Source: Hwanghaeella sp. (GTDB lineage: Bacteria; Pseudomonadota; Alphaproteobacteria; UBA8366; Aestuariispiraceae). From it: 64,000 bases of DNA. Shown here in pieces: positions 46,699 to 57,093 of the stretch; within the stretch, counting starts at the first letter, position 1; every line of letters begins with the position of its first letter. Location: assembly GCF_965227365.1 (NCBI RefSeq), contig NZ_OZ245754.1, positions 2,462,777-2,526,776 on the forward strand. Reading direction: 5' to 3'. The notes below the pieces were generated by a model. The model saw nothing but the letters and a program-made list of their open reading frames with translations. It did not search any database and had not been told where the DNA came from. A program made the translations under genes and the position numbers.

Positions 46699-47268
46699 AT
46701 GTCTGAATCTAAAAGAGATCAACTCATCCAGCGCGCCTTATCGGTCTTCTATAAGGACGGGTTTCATGCGGTTGGCATGGACAAGATCGCGAAAGAGACG
46801 GGTGTTTCAAAAACCGCGATCTATAAACACTTCAGGACCAAGGACGACCTGATCCTGGCGACGCTGCGCCTGCGGGACGAACAGTTTCGAAATTGGATTA
46901 TTCGCCGGATCGAAGAGATTGCGGAGGATCCCGCGGAGAGGATCCTGGCGTCTTTCGATGCATTGAAGGAATGGTTCCTGGAACCGACCTATCTGGGATG
47001 CATGTTCATCAAGGCATCGTCGGAGTTTCAGGAGCGCGACAGTTCCATCCACGCCATCTGCGCGGAGCATAAACGGATCCTGGAACGCTATCTGATTGAC
47101 CTTGCGGAAAAGGCGGGCGCACGGAACCCGGACCAACTGGGCGCGCAGATCCTATTGCTGCAGGAAGGCGCCATCGTGGTGGCGGCCCTAATGAATCCCG
47201 AAAAGGCCGTAAGCGACGCCAAGGCGGCTGCCGCCACCCTGTTGGAGCAGGCCCTCAGCGCCGCTTAA
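46699..47268 (+). CDS. TetR/AcrR family transcriptional regulator
   Basis: 189 aa with N-terminal HTH (GMDKIAKETGVSKTAIYKHF). Confidence 0.88.
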   Translation: MSESKRDQLIQRALSVFYKDGFHAVGMDKIAKETGVSKTAIYKHFRTKDDLILATLRLRDEQFRNWIIRRIEEIAEDPAERILASFDALKEWFLEPTYLGCMFIKASSEFQERDSSIHAICAEHKRILERYLIDLAEKAGARNPDQLGAQILLLQEGAIVVAALMNPEKAVSDAKAAAATLLEQALSAA

Positions 47269-47291
47269 AAAGGAGGCGGACCCTGCCGCCC

Positions 47292-49583
47292 CTATTCGAT
47301 GATAGGCGGATCGTAGGCCCTGCTTTCGGGAATATCGCCGCGCGCGGCCTCGACATCCACAAGGCAACTATGCGCCGTCGGCCCTTGGGCCATGCTGGAC
47401 GTCCCCTTGTCCAGGGTCAGGACATTCGGGTTGCCGTGCCGGCAGGTATTTCCGTCCGGTTCATACCATGCACCGGTGGCAATCTGAATCACGCCGGTCC
47501 GTACATCATCGCTGATCCTGAGCCCCGCGTAACACGCACCGCGCCCATTGAATATCCGCACGATCTGGCCTTCTGAAAGGCCACGCGCAGCGGCATCGTC
47601 AGGATGCATCGTCACAGGTTCGCGCCCGTCAATCCGGTCCGCCCGGCTGACGGAGCCGTGGTCCAACTGGCTGTGAAGTTTGGTTCGCGGCTGATTTGAA
47701 ATCATGTGCAGCGGATAGGATCCGACATTGCCGAGCCATTCGCCCGGCTCAAGCCAGACCGGGTGTCCCGGGCAATCCGCATCACCGAAGCCGGCCACGG
47801 TTTCGGAATAGATTTCGATCTTTCCACTTGGCGTCTTCAAGGGATTCGCGTCGGGGTCATCCCGAAACGCGTCGAACAGAACCGCCGGTTTCTCCGGCGG
47901 CGGAACCTTCATCCAACCCTTTTGCTGCATCGTGTCCCAATCGGGCAGTTCGAAAGCCGAGCGGGAGGCGGATTGGCGTGAAATTTCGTACATCCACTTC
48001 TGCCATTCCTCAGGGCTGCGCCCTTCCGTAAAGGCGTCCTCCAGCCCGAGTTCGGCGGCAATGCCGCGAAAGATGTCGTGGTCGCTCTTCGCCTGACCGA
48101 TCGGCTCGATCGCCTTGTCCATCACGACCTGATAGGCATCACGCGGATTGAGGGCGAGGTCCGACCGCTCAAGCGTCGTGCTGCAGGGAAGAACGATATC
48201 CGCATGACGGGCAAGGCTGTTCCAGCACCACTCGTTGACAATGACGGTTTCCGGCCGCGCCCAGGCTTTCCGCAGGCGGTTCAGGTCCTGATGGTGGTGA
48301 AACGGATTGCCGCCGGCCCACCAGACGAGACGGACGTCGGGATAGGTATGGTCCTTGCCGTTGTACCGGAAGCTGCCGCCCGGGTTTTCCAGCATCTCCG
48401 AAACGCGCGCGACAGGAATGAATTTGCGCACGGAATTCTTGCCCTGGGGGAAGGACGCGAAGTGCATTTTCCGCAAACTCTGCCCCACCTTGTTGGTGGC
48501 GGAGTATCCGAAACCGATGCCGGTGCCCGGCAGGCCGATCTGCCCCAGCATGGCGGCCAGGTTGATCGCCGCCCAATAGGGTTGCTCCCCATGGTCCTGA
48601 CGGGTCAGCGACCAGGAGATCGAGATCATCGTCCGCTGCGACGCCATGCGCCTCGCCAATGCGCGGATCTCATCGGCAGGCAGTTCGCAGATTTCCGACG
48701 CCCATTCCGGCGTTTTGGCAACACCGTCTTCCTCACCCGCGAGATAGGCGGCATAACGGTCGAACCCGACCGTATATCTGTCCAGAAATGCCCGGTCGTG
48801 CAGCCCTTCCGACAACAGCACCTGCGACAGGGCAATCATCAGGGCGGCGTCGGTGGACGGACGCGGCGACAACCACTCGGCCCCGACCGAGTCCAGCAGA
48901 TCCGATCTCAAGGGGGAAACATTGACGAATTTCACGCCCGCCTCGTGCGCGGCAAGCAGGCCCTGTTTCTGAATGTGGCTGCCCGTCCCGCCCTGGGAAA
49001 TCTGTCCGTTCTTCAGCGGAACGCCGCCGAAGGCGACGAAAAGCTCGCAGGCTTCCGCAATCGAATCCCAGCCCGTGCATTCGGCTAACAGTTCGTAGAA
49101 TGAGCCCAAAACATGCGGCACGATGACCTCGGCCGCCGCATAGCTGTAGGTATTCACCGAACTGGTGAACCCGCCCAGGCAGTTCAGGAATCGTTTCAAC
49201 TGTCCTTGCGCGTGATGGAATCGGCCGGCGCTGGCCCAGCCATAAGAGCCGGCATAGATCGACGCATTGCCGAACTCGGTTTTGACGCGCTTCAACTCGG
49301 CGGCGACCAACCGGTTGGCTTCGGCCCAAGTCACCTCTACGAAAACGTCCTCGCCGCGTTTCTCGCCGGCGGTGCCGGGGCCGCCTTCCAACCAGCTCTT
49401 GCGCACCATTGGCGCCTTGATCCGGGTCGGCCCGTCGAGGACATCGACGATTCCATGTCCGATGGGCGACGGATCCGGATCCTCCGCGAAGTCCTTCATG
49501 CCGGTCACACGTCCGTTTTCGACGGAGACATGATAGGTTCCCCAATGAGTGGCGGTGATCAGATCACGGTTGCGGATATCCAT
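47292..49583 (-). CDS. molybdopterin (bis-MGD) oxidoreductase, biotin-sulfoxide/TMAO reductase (BisC) type
   Basis: Collinear with E. coli BisC by eye (ATHWG..., SYGWASAGRFHHAQ, PVARVSEMLENPGG, GHPVWLEPGEW). ATG 49583 has a GAAGGGA SD. GTG 49634 is an alternative start. Confidence 0.9.
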   Translation of the reverse strand: MDIRNRDLITATHWGTYHVSVENGRVTGMKDFAEDPDPSPIGHGIVDVLDGPTRIKAPMVRKSWLEGGPGTAGEKRGEDVFVEVTWAEANRLVAAELKRVKTEFGNASIYAGSYGWASAGRFHHAQGQLKRFLNCLGGFTSSVNTYSYAAAEVIVPHVLGSFYELLAECTGWDSIAEACELFVAFGGVPLKNGQISQGGTGSHIQKQGLLAAHEAGVKFVNVSPLRSDLLDSVGAEWLSPRPSTDAALMIALSQVLLSEGLHDRAFLDRYTVGFDRYAAYLAGEEDGVAKTPEWASEICELPADEIRALARRMASQRTMISISWSLTRQDHGEQPYWAAINLAAMLGQIGLPGTGIGFGYSATNKVGQSLRKMHFASFPQGKNSVRKFIPVARVSEMLENPGGSFRYNGKDHTYPDVRLVWWAGGNPFHHHQDLNRLRKAWARPETVIVNEWCWNSLARHADIVLPCSTTLERSDLALNPRDAYQVVMDKAIEPIGQAKSDHDIFRGIAAELGLEDAFTEGRSPEEWQKWMYEISRQSASRSAFELPDWDTMQQKGWMKVPPPEKPAVLFDAFRDDPDANPLKTPSGKIEIYSETVAGFGDADCPGHPVWLEPGEWLGNVGSYPLHMISNQPRTKLHSQLDHGSVSRADRIDGREPVTMHPDDAAARGLSEGQIVRIFNGRGACYAGLRISDDVRTGVIQIATGAWYEPDGNTCRHGNPNVLTLDKGTSSMAQGPTAHSCLVDVEAARGDIPESRAYDPPIIE

Positions 49584-49706
49584 GGTCAACTGTCCCTTCA
49601 AGAAATTCCGGCGATTGTACTCTCTGCGGGACACAGAACAATTGACAACTATCGCCGCTGGGGAACACTGCCCTTTCCCTGGCAGCCGATAAGTCCAACA
49701 ACGAAG

Positions 49707-49731
49707 AGGGCGCTGAAATGATCAGCGCCCT
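49707..49731 (-). terminator. stem-loop downstream of ahpF
   Basis: Perfect 10-bp stem AGGGCGCTGA-N5-TCAGCGCCCT. The minus-strand trailer CTTCGTTGTT is T-rich. Confidence 0.5.
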
Positions 49732-49838
49732 TAGGGTTTCCATGAGCTGTCCCCGACCATCCTATCGGCGCCGTTCGTCGGGGTGACCGCCCGCACAGCA
49801 GCCACCCCTCTGATGCAACCGAAGCCGGCCGGGGCTTC

Positions 49839-51404
49839 TTATTGTTGGAAATTCTTCAGCAGGTAATCGAAGGCGGACAGGGCCGCTTTCGATCCTTCAC
49901 CCATTGCGATGACGATCTGTTTGTAGGGAACGGTCGTCACGTCACCACAGGCGAAGATGCCGGGAACATTCGTTTCGCAGCGCTCGTTCACGATGATCTC
50001 GCCGAACTTGCTCTGCTCCACGACGTCCTTCACGAACGCGCTGTTCGGCACCAGACCGATTTGAACGAATACACCGGCAAGGTCCTGCTTGCGCACTTCG
50101 TCGGTCGCGCGGTCCTTGTACTCGATCGCCGTGACCTTGCCGCCTTCCGCAATGATCTGCTGCGTCGCGGCGTTCTTGACGATGGTGATATTGTCCCGTG
50201 CCTCAGCCTGATCGACCAGGATCTTGTCGGCCTTCAACTCGGGCAGGAATTCGAACACCGTGACCGATTTTACGATACCCGCCAGATCCAGGGCAGCTTC
50301 GACGCCTGAATTTCCACCGCCGATAACCGCAACGTCCTTGCCTTTGAAGAACGGGCCGTCGCAATGCGGGCAATAGGCCACGCCGTTGCCGATGTTTTCC
50401 TTCTCACCGGGGCAGCCCAGTTCTCGCCATTGCGCACCGGTAGCGATGATCAGGGTCTTCGCGTCGATCACTTCGCCGGAGGTCAGCGTGACCGATTTCG
50501 TCTCGCCGTTCTCCACTTTCTCAACGGAGAAATGTTCCTTCAGGGTGATGTCGTATTCGCGCAGATGCGCCATCAGGGCGTTGGACAGTTCGGGCCCGGT
50601 CGTCTTCGGAACGGAAACAAAGTTCTCGATGCCGAGGGTGTCCTTCACCTGCCCGCCGACCCGGTCCGCAACCACCGTCACCTTCAGCCCCTTGCGCGCC
50701 GCATAGATCGCCGACGCGACGCCGGCCGGCCCGCCGCCTATAACCAGGACGTCCTGCAGCGGCATCTTCTCGACAGGCGCGGATTTGGCCGCCGACTTTG
50801 GTTTCGTTTCCATCAGGCGGTTGACCAGGATCGAGGCATCGACCTTGCCGTTCGCGAACACGTCACCATTCAGATAAACCGTCGGCACACCCTGGATGTT
50901 GCGCTTTTCGATCAACTCCGGATAAAGCCCGCCATCGATCATCTCGCAGGTTATGCGCGGATTGAGGACAGCGAACTGGTTCAGCGTCTGAACCACTTCC
51001 GGACAGTTGTGGCAGCTCAAGCTGACGAAGACTTCGAATTTAAGATCTTCGTCGATACCGGCAATGATCGCCTTCAGGCTGTCATCCAGTTTGATCGGCG
51101 TGCCGGAGGAATGCAGCAATGCCAGCACAAGGGAATTGAACTCGTGCCCGCCAGGAATGCCGGAGAACCGAATGCCGCTGTCGGCGCCGTCGACCTCGAG
51201 CAGGAAGCTGATCGGGCTCATCAGCTTTTCCGGTTCGTCGCGCTCGACCACAGTGATGCGCGCGCTGACGGAAGCAACATCGTCCAAAAATTTCTTCAAC
51301 TCATCGCGTTTTTCATGGCTGCCCGTCTGCAGCACCAGCGCCACGTCCTTGCTCATCGCGGCGGTGTAACCCTTCAAGGCATTCAGAATATCGGGACTCA
51401 ACAT
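49839..51404 (-). CDS. ahpF: alkyl hydroperoxide reductase subunit F
   Basis: 521 aa. Redox centres CHNCP and CPHCDG. FAD/NAD Rossmann motifs. Confidence 0.93.
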   Translation of the reverse strand: MLSPDILNALKGYTAAMSKDVALVLQTGSHEKRDELKKFLDDVASVSARITVVERDEPEKLMSPISFLLEVDGADSGIRFSGIPGGHEFNSLVLALLHSSGTPIKLDDSLKAIIAGIDEDLKFEVFVSLSCHNCPEVVQTLNQFAVLNPRITCEMIDGGLYPELIEKRNIQGVPTVYLNGDVFANGKVDASILVNRLMETKPKSAAKSAPVEKMPLQDVLVIGGGPAGVASAIYAARKGLKVTVVADRVGGQVKDTLGIENFVSVPKTTGPELSNALMAHLREYDITLKEHFSVEKVENGETKSVTLTSGEVIDAKTLIIATGAQWRELGCPGEKENIGNGVAYCPHCDGPFFKGKDVAVIGGGNSGVEAALDLAGIVKSVTVFEFLPELKADKILVDQAEARDNITIVKNAATQQIIAEGGKVTAIEYKDRATDEVRKQDLAGVFVQIGLVPNSAFVKDVVEQSKFGEIIVNERCETNVPGIFACGDVTTVPYKQIVIAMGEGSKAALSAFDYLLKNFQQ

Positions 51405-51481
51405 GGCTTTTATCTCTTTTTTGCAAGCGCAGGGGGCGCGTGTCGGGAATCCAAAAGGGGTCGGCTGCTGTCGGGAGGAGT

Positions 51482-51517
51482 GAAACCCGGCCCCGGGGGA
51501 GGAAGGGGCCGGGTTTC
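51482..51517 (-). terminator. ahpC-ahpF intercistronic stem-loop (attenuator or stabiliser)
   Basis: Perfect 13-bp stem GAAACCCGGCCCC-N10-GGGGCCGGGTTTC, 11 nt after the ahpC stop. Confidence 0.5.
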
Positions 51518-51528
51518 CAAGGTCGGAC

Positions 51529-52092
51529 TTAGATCTTGCCGACCAGGTCCAGGCTCGGCGTCAAGGTTTCTTGACCCTGTTCCCAAGCGGCCGGGCAGAC
51601 TTCGCCGTCATGAGTGGCGACATACTGTGCGGCCTTGACCTTACGCACCATGTCCTTCGCGGACCGGCCGATACCCAGGTCGTGGATTTCGCAGACCTTG
51701 ATGATGCCTTCCGGGTCGGCGAGGAAGGTGCCACGCAGGGCCAGACCTTCTTCTTCGATCATTACGCCGAAACCGCGGGAGATGACGCCGGTCGGGTCAC
51801 CGATCATCGGGTAGTTGATCTTGCCGATCGCATCGCTGGTGTCATGCCACGCCTTGTGGGTGAAATGCGTGTCGGTCGACACGGAGTAGACTTCGACGCC
51901 CAGGCCCTGCAGCTCTTCGTAATACTTCGCCATGTCTTCCAGTTCCGTCGGGCAGACGAAGGTGAAGTCGGCGGGATAGAACACGAAGATCGACCACTGG
52001 CCTTTGACGTCTTCGGACGTGACCGTCTTGAATTCGCCGTTGTGGAAGGCCTGCGCCGTAAATTCGGGGATCGGTTTGTTGATCATGCTCAT
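51529..52092 (-). CDS. ahpC: peroxiredoxin AhpC
   Basis: 187 aa. Peroxidatic Cys motif [10 protein letters not shown] and resolving Cys (EVCPA). Confidence 0.95.
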   Translation of the reverse strand: MSMINKPIPEFTAQAFHNGEFKTVTSEDVKGQWSIFVFYPADFTFVCPTELEDMAKYYEELQGLGVEVYSVSTDTHFTHKAWHDTSDAIGKINYPMIGDPTGVISRGFGVMIEEEGLALRGTFLADPEGIIKVCEIHDLGIGRSAKDMVRKVKAAQYVATHDGEVCPAAWEQGQETLTPSLDLVGKI

Positions 52093-52216
52093 GGATTACA
52101 TCTCTCAAAATTAAAGGTTCATAGGGTCTCGCGGGACCCCGACGTGCGGTGACGTCGATGCGCGCTATATGCCCCCTTGCTGCGACGCAATAAAACGATA
52201 TATATTGGCCAATATG

Positions 52217-52231
52217 ATCGATTTTTTCGAT
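52217..52231. promoter_or_regulatory. LysR-type box ATCGA-N5-TCGAT (T-N11-A), candidate OxyR site in the ahpC/oxyR divergent region
   Basis: Perfect dyad in an AT-rich spacer, 35 nt upstream of the oxyR ATG. Confidence 0.4.
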
Positions 52232-52265
52232 TACTAATGTGGCTTGAACTTCAAAGGTTTGTGCG

Positions 52266-53186
52266 ATGCAAAACCTGCCGACAATGAAACAATTACAATA
52301 TCTTTCAGCCTTGGCCGAACATCTGCATTTCGGCCTCGCAGCAGAATCCTGTTTCGTCACCCAATCCACATTGAGTGCAGGCATCCGAGAATTGGAGGAG
52401 GTCCTTCAGGCAAAGGTCGCCGAACGCACGAACCGGTCGGTCATCATCACGCCGTTGGGGGAACGGCTGACCGCAAAAGCGCGGGAATTGCTGCGCGGGG
52501 CGGAGGAGATGTTGGACCTTGCCCATAGTGCGTCCGCGCCCCTCTCCGGCCCGCTCAGACTGGGTGTCATTCCAACAATCGGGCCCTATATCCTGCCCGC
52601 CGTCCTGCCCTCAATTCACCGAAATTTTCCCGGCCTGGAGCTGTACCTGCGGGAAGATTATACGGACCGCCTGCTGGAACGATTGCAGGACGGAAGATTG
52701 GACCTGCTGTTGCTCGCACTTCCCTATGAGATGGATGGCGTGGAAACGGAACTTCTGTTCGAGGAAGGATTCGTCCTCGCCTGCCCGACAGGCCATCCCT
52801 TGGCCGAAGAAGTGTCGGTGGATACCAGCGCATTCGCCGAACAGCCCCTGCTCTTGCTTGAGGAAGGCCATTGCCTGCGGCGACACGCACTGGAAGCATG
52901 CAGTCTCGAGGGGCGCTTCAAACGCAAGAATTACGAGGCGTCCTCCATGCAGACCCTGGTTCAGATGGTGGCGCTCGGCATGGGGATCACCCTGTTGCCG
53001 CAAATGGCGGTCGAAGCGGAAATCACCAAGGGGCTCGATATCTCATTGGTCCCGTTGAAGGAAGATATCGGCACAAGGCAGATCGGGCTCGTCTGGCGCA
53101 AATCTTCCGCCCGTGAATCGGAGTTTCGAATACTCGGCGATTTGCTGCTCAAGGCGGGGCCGAAGAAATCCTCCGAAGGGACCTGA
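52266..53186 (+). CDS. oxyR: hydrogen-peroxide-inducible LysR regulator OxyR
   Basis: 306 aa. HTH region, plus redox Cys pair context EEGHCLRRHALEAC. Divergent from ahpCF. Confidence 0.87.
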   Translation: MQNLPTMKQLQYLSALAEHLHFGLAAESCFVTQSTLSAGIRELEEVLQAKVAERTNRSVIITPLGERLTAKARELLRGAEEMLDLAHSASAPLSGPLRLGVIPTIGPYILPAVLPSIHRNFPGLELYLREDYTDRLLERLQDGRLDLLLLALPYEMDGVETELLFEEGFVLACPTGHPLAEEVSVDTSAFAEQPLLLLEEGHCLRRHALEACSLEGRFKRKNYEASSMQTLVQMVALGMGITLLPQMAVEAEITKGLDISLVPLKEDIGTRQIGLVWRKSSARESEFRILGDLLLKAGPKKSSEGT

Positions 53187-54297
53187 GCGCCCGCCGCGGC
53201 GAGCCGGCCTCTGTCTGCAACAACTCACGAAGGCGCAGCAAAGCCGCCCTGAACCTGCGCAGCGGGACTTCAAACAAAACCGCGAAGAGGAAGCAGGTCG
53301 CGAGCGTAAAGGTCAGCAACAGGCCGTCCCGTGCAAGGGCCGACCCGTCATTGGGCAGAACGGCCTGCCAGAATTGCAAGGCCGGGTAATGCACCAGGTA
53401 GATCGAGAAGCTGGCCCCGGCGAGCCATGAAACAATCCGGTTCAAGCCGTCCGGCGCCGTCACGCGGTTGAACAGTGTCATCGCCCCGGCGAGATGCGCG
53501 AAGACCAAAAGGCCGAGCAATCCGTTCCAGACGAACTCGTTGGAAAAACGCAGCGCGGCGACATTCCCCTGCCCCAATCCCGCAACCGTCACCGCCAGCA
53601 AATTGTCCGGCACATCGAGGGCAAGCGAAAAAACGTACACGACCAAGGATCCGCCAAAGCCGGCCATCGCCGAACTCAAACCGGAAAGCGCGGAGGGGCC
53701 GCGCCGATACAGCCAGACGCCCAGCAGCCAGGCAGGCATCAACAGCAGCGGCTTGATGCCGATCAGCAGCAGAAACAGGGCCAGTACAAGAAGCCGTCTG
53801 ACCCCGGACAGATAGGCGGTTATGCCGAACAGCGCGTAATACGCCGCTTCGTAACTCAAGGACCAGAACGGTCCGTTGGTACCCGGCCGAAAGGCGTTGC
53901 CGCTCCATTCGGTGGTAAAGCTCATACTCCTCAGCAGGACCTCCCAGATCGGCGCGGGGTTCCACCACCAACCGTCATAACCGGCCGGATCGAGACGCGA
54001 ACCGAGGAAATCCAGCAGAAGGGTCAGCAGAATTGCGGGCAGAACGACGGAATAAAGTCGTGTCGCGCGGGCAAATATGAATGCCGAACCAGACTTGTCC
54101 CTCTCCCGGGCCGCATAGGCGATGACGAAGCCGGAGATCACGAAGAAGACAATGACCGCGTCGCTCCCCAGGTTCCATTCCCGAATAAAAAGATAGTCCC
54201 CCCGCGTGAACCGCTCATAGGCGAAATGAGAGAGCAGCACGACGAAAGCCGCGGCAAATCTCAACAGGTTCAGATAGAAGGAAAACCCCTGCGTCAT
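53149..54297 (-). CDS. acyltransferase family 3 (OafA-like) membrane protein
   Basis: 382 aa with about 10 TM helices. N-terminal LRFAAAFVVLLSHF motif. Confidence 0.8.
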   Translation of the reverse strand: MTQGFSFYLNLLRFAAAFVVLLSHFAYERFTRGDYLFIREWNLGSDAVIVFFVISGFVIAYAARERDKSGSAFIFARATRLYSVVLPAILLTLLLDFLGSRLDPAGYDGWWWNPAPIWEVLLRSMSFTTEWSGNAFRPGTNGPFWSLSYEAAYYALFGITAYLSGVRRLLVLALFLLLIGIKPLLLMPAWLLGVWLYRRGPSALSGLSSAMAGFGGSLVVYVFSLALDVPDNLLAVTVAGLGQGNVAALRFSNEFVWNGLLGLLVFAHLAGAMTLFNRVTAPDGLNRIVSWLAGASFSIYLVHYPALQFWQAVLPNDGSALARDGLLLTFTLATCFLFAVLFEVPLRRFRAALLRLRELLQTEAGSPRRALRSLRRISSAPP

Positions 54298-54301
54298 CTT
54301 C

Positions 54302-55294
54302 CTATCTCCGCCGCGTCGAGAGATGGAGGATTCGTCCCGGGCTCGAAAACAGCGTCAAAGGCTGGATAAGAGCGTCCTTCAAACTGCCATGGGGCTGCGG
54401 CAGCGGCCTTCCCTCCGCGTCGGAAAGACCGAACTCCAGGGCCTCGGCTTTCCGGGGAACGAAGAGTGTTCCGAACATCCAGTCCCAGATCGCCAGCACC
54501 TCACCGTAGTTCTTGTTGTGATGCGCCGGCGCGCGGCTGTGATGAATTTGATGCTGCGCCGGAGAAATCAGAACATGCTCCATGATCCACCCGTAACTCA
54601 GCCAGATATGACTGTGACGCAGGTTGGAGCCGAGAAGGTTGAACAGGAAATAGAACAGATTGATGCCGATAACGGTCGTGATGGATACCGGGCCGAAGAA
54701 GAGTGCGAGCAAACCGCCCTGCAGAATGCCGTAAAATGCGCCGCGCACCAAAGACGAAATCAGATCGTAAACCGGATGTTTCCGATAGGTGGTGATCGGT
54801 GTCATTACCTCGGCACTGTGATGGACCGCATGGAACGGCCAAAGACAGGACGATTCATGATGTAGACGGTGCACCCAATAGACGCAGAAATCGTTGACCA
54901 GCAAGATGGACAGACCGACCAGTATCGGATTGGCGGATTCACCGCTACCGCTTGCACCGCCCATCACACCCAGCATCGACACCGAGACGGCGTTGGTAAC
55001 GGCAATCTGGTTGAATAGCCCGAGGAAGGTCAGCACCCGCCCCAGGGCAAACAGTTTGATATCCAGCAATGTCGAGGCATGGCTCCAAACCTCCCGCGGC
55101 AAAAGCCATGTCAGAAAGGATTTGTTTGGTTTCGCGGCCAGATAGACCGCGAAGGCGATGACGACGGTCGCGATCAGATAGATCGGAAACAGCCGTACGC
55201 CCGGCCCTATCAATACGCTCGCAAGGTCTTCCATGTCGGCCAGACTGCAGTCCCAGTTATTGATGCTCGGATCAGCATGGCCGCTCTCGAGCAA
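54302..55294 (-). CDS. fatty acid hydroxylase / sterol desaturase superfamily membrane protein
   Basis: Three His boxes: HRLHH, HAVHH, HQIHH. Confidence 0.82.
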   Translation of the reverse strand: MLESGHADPSINNWDCSLADMEDLASVLIGPGVRLFPIYLIATVVIAFAVYLAAKPNKSFLTWLLPREVWSHASTLLDIKLFALGRVLTFLGLFNQIAVTNAVSVSMLGVMGGASGSGESANPILVGLSILLVNDFCVYWVHRLHHESSCLWPFHAVHHSAEVMTPITTYRKHPVYDLISSLVRGAFYGILQGGLLALFFGPVSITTVIGINLFYFLFNLLGSNLRHSHIWLSYGWIMEHVLISPAQHQIHHSRAPAHHNKNYGEVLAIWDWMFGTLFVPRKAEALEFGLSDAEGRPLPQPHGSLKDALIQPLTLFSSPGRILHLSTRRR

Positions 55295-55429
55295 GCGGCC
55301 CCGCCCTAATACATAGTCCGGGCACCGCCGAGACGGGCGGGCAATTTGTCGGCATTTGTCTGGGTTTTTGCGGGCATTTCAGCCCGTCGGGTGTCGTTCC
55401 TATCCCGAACCCGGGAAACGGCACGGACG

Positions 55430-56077
55430 TCAGAACCGAAGGCGGCGAAAGACCAGCAGCCCAAGCACGACAGCGCCGGCGAGCACAAGAACCATGTCCT
55501 CTCCAAGGCCCAGCACATTGGCCCGAACCCCCTCCCAGCCCAGCAGAATGACCGGAATGGGCAAAAGCCAAGACGGGCTGCGGACGTGATTGATCAGCAG
55601 CAGGGCAAGGGTTGCCGTGATCGTCGCCAACGGCATGACGCCGATCGCTTGGGTCGGAACAACAGCCTCCTCAGGGAACATGCTCATGGTCGGACCGATC
55701 AACGCCGCGAGCGCCAGGGCGGCCAGACCGATCCAGCATCCGGCGGATCGAAGGTCGAGCTTCGGACGGAAATTTCCGGTACCGATCCCCCAAATCGCAA
55801 TCAGGGCGGCCTGAACCAACGAGGCCCATCCGAAGTACGTCCCGGCCCAGTTCAGTGGCTGATAGGTCTGCCAGTAGAACCCAACGCCAATCCACCCCCA
55901 CAGCAATGCAAGGAAAACAGCAGCAGCCCTATTCCCGATATGCCCCCCCGCGCGCCCGAAGAGCAGGAAAACAGCGACGGCAAGCAGAGTGCAAATCTCG
56001 ATCGGCAGATAGGCGCCGCCATATTCCGCGGTCACATAGGCGTAAACCTCGGCCGAATATGGAATAAGGCGGTTCAC
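55430..56077 (-). CDS. hypothetical integral membrane protein
   Basis: 215 aa with about 6 TM helices. 4-bp overlap with the upstream AKR gene. Confidence 0.5.
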   Translation of the reverse strand: MNRLIPYSAEVYAYVTAEYGGAYLPIEICTLLAVAVFLLFGRAGGHIGNRAAAVFLALLWGWIGVGFYWQTYQPLNWAGTYFGWASLVQAALIAIWGIGTGNFRPKLDLRSAGCWIGLAALALAALIGPTMSMFPEEAVVPTQAIGVMPLATITATLALLLINHVRSPSWLLPIPVILLGWEGVRANVLGLGEDMVLVLAGAVVLGLLVFRRLRF

Positions 56078-57003
56078 AGCGCCTCCACGTAGCGGATCAT
56101 GCGTTGCCGCGTCTCGGCATCGGGAACCTCCCCTTCCATCGCCCGCATGTTCTCATCCATATGCGCGACCTGTGTCGTCGCTGGGATGGCACATGTCACG
56201 GCCGGGTGCGAGATAATGAATTTCAACAGGAATTGGGCCCAGTTCTCGATACCGAACTCCCGCGCCCAATCCGGCAACGGCTTGCCTTTCAGCGCGTCAG
56301 GCAGAGCACCGCGCCTGAAAGGCCGGTTGACGATCACGGCCTTGCCCAGATCCGCCGCCATCGGCAGAAGACGGTCTTCCGCCTCGCGATCCAAGATGTT
56401 GTAGGTCAATTGAACGAAGTCGACCGCATCGCTTTTCATCACCTGCGCCATTTCTCCATGCCGGGACCCATGCGAGGTGGTCAACCCGACATAACGGACC
56501 CTCCCCGCCTGCTTCTGGTCGGCGAGCATCGGTAGATGGGCTTCCCAGTTCACCAGATTGTGGACCTGCATCAAGTTGAACCGATCGATACCCCAGAGCC
56601 GGAAAGACTCCGAAAGCTGGCTCGGTCCTTCTGCACTGCTACGCGTCCAGATCTTGCTCGCACTGAACAAGCCGGTCGTATCCCCCAATTGTTCGAAACA
56701 GTGGCCCAAAACCTCTTCCGAGGTGCCGTACATGGGCGAAGAATCGATCATGCCCCCGCCATGACGGAAGAAGCTGCGCAGTACTTCGGTTCGCTGCGCC
56801 CGTAAGGCCGGCACGGGACCAACATTGAAGGTGACCCATGTTCCCATGCCGACGGCCGGCAGCAACTCACCCGAGGCCGGTATTCGTTTCGCCAGTTTCT
56901 TCTCGGATGCGGTTCCCGCGGAAGGAAACCCCAACAACGATGCCGTGATACCCGACAGGCAACCGGTCAGAACAGCGCGGCGGCGGACGGGAAACTTCAT
57001 CAC
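56074..57003 (-). CDS. aldo/keto reductase with a predicted twin-arginine signal peptide
   Basis: 309 aa. N-terminus VRRRAVLTGCLSGITASLLGF...GTA. AKR body (GMGTW, DSSPMYG). Confidence 0.85.
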   Translation of the reverse strand: MMKFPVRRRAVLTGCLSGITASLLGFPSAGTASEKKLAKRIPASGELLPAVGMGTWVTFNVGPVPALRAQRTEVLRSFFRHGGGMIDSSPMYGTSEEVLGHCFEQLGDTTGLFSASKIWTRSSAEGPSQLSESFRLWGIDRFNLMQVHNLVNWEAHLPMLADQKQAGRVRYVGLTTSHGSRHGEMAQVMKSDAVDFVQLTYNILDREAEDRLLPMAADLGKAVIVNRPFRRGALPDALKGKPLPDWAREFGIENWAQFLLKFIISHPAVTCAIPATTQVAHMDENMRAMEGEVPDAETRQRMIRYVEAL

Positions 57004-57093
57004 ACTCTCCCATACAAATAATCTGTCAGGACAAAGATAGTGTGATCGGCGTGGGTTTCACCCGCGTCCGTATGGCGCAGATATTGGGACGCG

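Noticed and set aside
53149-53186. 38-bp 3'-end overlap of the convergent oxyR and acyltransferase genes
   Set aside because: The overlap is real in the sequence but common for convergent genes in compact high-GC genomes. There is no evidence of functional significance.
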